This document shows, one piece after another, positions 62,957-64,000 of a DNA stretch of 64,000 bases. The translations under genes and the position numbers were made by a program. The DNA comes from Flavobacteriales bacterium. GTDB lineage: Bacteria; Bacteroidota; Bacteroidia; Flavobacteriales_C; GCA-002722245. The stretch is from positions 131,871 through 195,870 of the forward strand of contig JAHEZL010000001.1 in NCBI GenBank assembly GCA_023251095.1. The letters run 5' to 3'. Below the pieces are notes generated by a model that saw only the letters and a program-made list of their open reading frames with translations, was not told the DNA's origin and searched no databases. Numbering within the stretch: position 1 is the first letter of the stretch; each line of letters begins with the position of its first letter.

Positions 62957-64000
62957 TTAGCGCTTAAAAGTAATCATTTCTTCTTCCTGCAAATTATTAT
63001 TATTTGGAATAAAGTAATACCAAAGCATTGTGAAAATCAACAAGGCACTGCAGAAAAAAGTCATTAAATAAAATGCGAGGATATAATCTTCATAAATACC
63101 GCCAATCACCAAACTTGCAAACCTTAACACCGAATCCACAATGGTAAGAACAAAAGCCTGCTTTTGCTTTCCATACACCAAAGGAGTGCAGGAAACCGGA
63201 GAAACCAAAAAATTCATAAACAGCCACGGCGTCATGATTTGAGCGATGTCGCCGGCCTCTTTCCATTGCGCTCCAAAAACAAAAGAAAAAATTTCAGGAG
63301 TAAATAAAAACAAAACAAAAAAGAAAGGAAAACCGATGATAAACACTTTTTTATAAACACTTAAAATCAATGGTTTTACGTCTTTCCCCTCATTTTTCAT
63401 CGCAGCCATTTTTTGGTAAGTCACCTGAAAAAATGCCGATCCTATTAAACCCACCGGTGCTTTAAGCATGCGGAAAGCCAAAGAATAAAATCCTACTATT
63501 GGCGCGAAAAAATAATACGACAAAACGAAAACAACGCCATTGTTTTGAAAAGAATCCAAAAAGGCATGTGGTGTATTCACCACAGCAAAATTCTTGTATT
63601 CAATCATTACTTCCTTCATTCCTTTCCAACTCACCTTTTGGGTAAAAGAAGAAAAAGGAAGCATTTTTTTATAGGCCAGTAGAATAAAACCGATGAGCAA
63701 TCCCGCCGTCAAACCCAGTATCAGTCCGCCTGAAGTATACACTAAGAAACCACACACTATTGAAATTCCCGAGTTAACAACAACTGTTGCTACTCTACCC
63801 ACCGAATTGTTTAGGAAAGTTTTTTGTCGCGACGACCAGTAATTAAACGCTGCATAAGCACCCGTAAGAAATACGGCCGGCGGTGCCAGATAAAACCAAT
63901 TGTTGAAATACACATTCTTGTCGGTAACAGGAAGCGCTATATCATAAATCACAATCACCAAAAACGTAAGAAGTCCCGCTGCTATTGAAAACAAAAGAGA
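62957..64000 (-). CDS. Wzx-type polysaccharide flippase (MOP superfamily), 5' end beyond the window
   Basis: ORF open to the window edge. Polytopic membrane protein with MOP/Wzx-like topology. N-terminus truncated by the window. Confidence 0.6.
   Translation of the reverse strand, partial: SLLFSIAAGLLTFLVIVIYDIALPVTDKNVYFNNWFYLAPPAVFLTGAYAAFNYWSSRQKTFLNNSVGRVATVVVNSGISIVCGFLVYTSGGLILGLTAGLLIGFILLAYKKMLPFSSFTQKVSWKGMKEVMIEYKNFAVVNTPHAFLDSFQNNGVVFVLSYYFFAPIVGFYSLAFRMLKAPVGLIGSAFFQVTYQKMAAMKNEGKDVKPLILSVYKKVFIIGFPFFFVLFLFTPEIFSFVFGAQWKEAGDIAQIMTPWLFMNFLVSPVSCTPLVYGKQKQAFVLTIVDSVLRFASLVIGGIYEDYILAFYLMTFFCSALLIFTMLWYYFIPNNNNLQEEEMITFKR

Overview
This is a gene-dense 64-kb chromosomal segment, probably from a Bacteroidetes genome (Flavobacteriia/Sphingobacteriia-like). 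The taxonomic call rests on Bacteroidetes-type TTTG/TAnnTTTG promoters, a T9SS C-terminal sorting domain, BatA, DUF4139/DUF4835, a short RpoD and long-form IspH. About 60 genes are mostly housekeeping: recN, purC, phoH, rpoD, an ABC-F ATPase, a DEAD-box helicase, parC/parE, fsa, tsaC, coaBC, rpoZ, a BamD-like TPR protein, HMG-CoA lyase, pyrD, ispH, comEC, spoIID, lpxB, surE, glnII, ligA, ttcA and an M1 aminopeptidase. Two two-component systems (LytTR-type and NarL-type) flank a secreted vWA lipoprotein at 40-48 kb. A polysaccharide/O-antigen-type glycosylation locus (sugar transferase, DegT aminotransferase, WecB, three glycosyltransferases, two Wzy-like proteins, Wzx) runs from 54.5 kb to the window end. 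No tRNA, rRNA, CRISPR array, IS element, transposase or integrase was seen. The most unusual sequence-level signals are two unrelated families of intergenic palindromic (MITE-like) repeats. Family 1 has CGTCATTGCGA...TCGCAATGACG termini and four copies, each placed just after the stop codon of a + strand gene at a convergent gene junction. Family 2 is 160-175 bp with AAATCCC...GGGATTT termini and three copies; two copies overlap and supply part of the stop codons of the adjacent vWA and NarL-regulator genes. A ~58-bp block is conserved in the 5' leaders of parE and a lipoprotein gene. Other points of interest are a 487-aa protein of unknown function divergent from a BatA-domain gene, and a small cytochrome P460-like CXXCH protein with an unannotated 44-aa lipoprotein ORF upstream.
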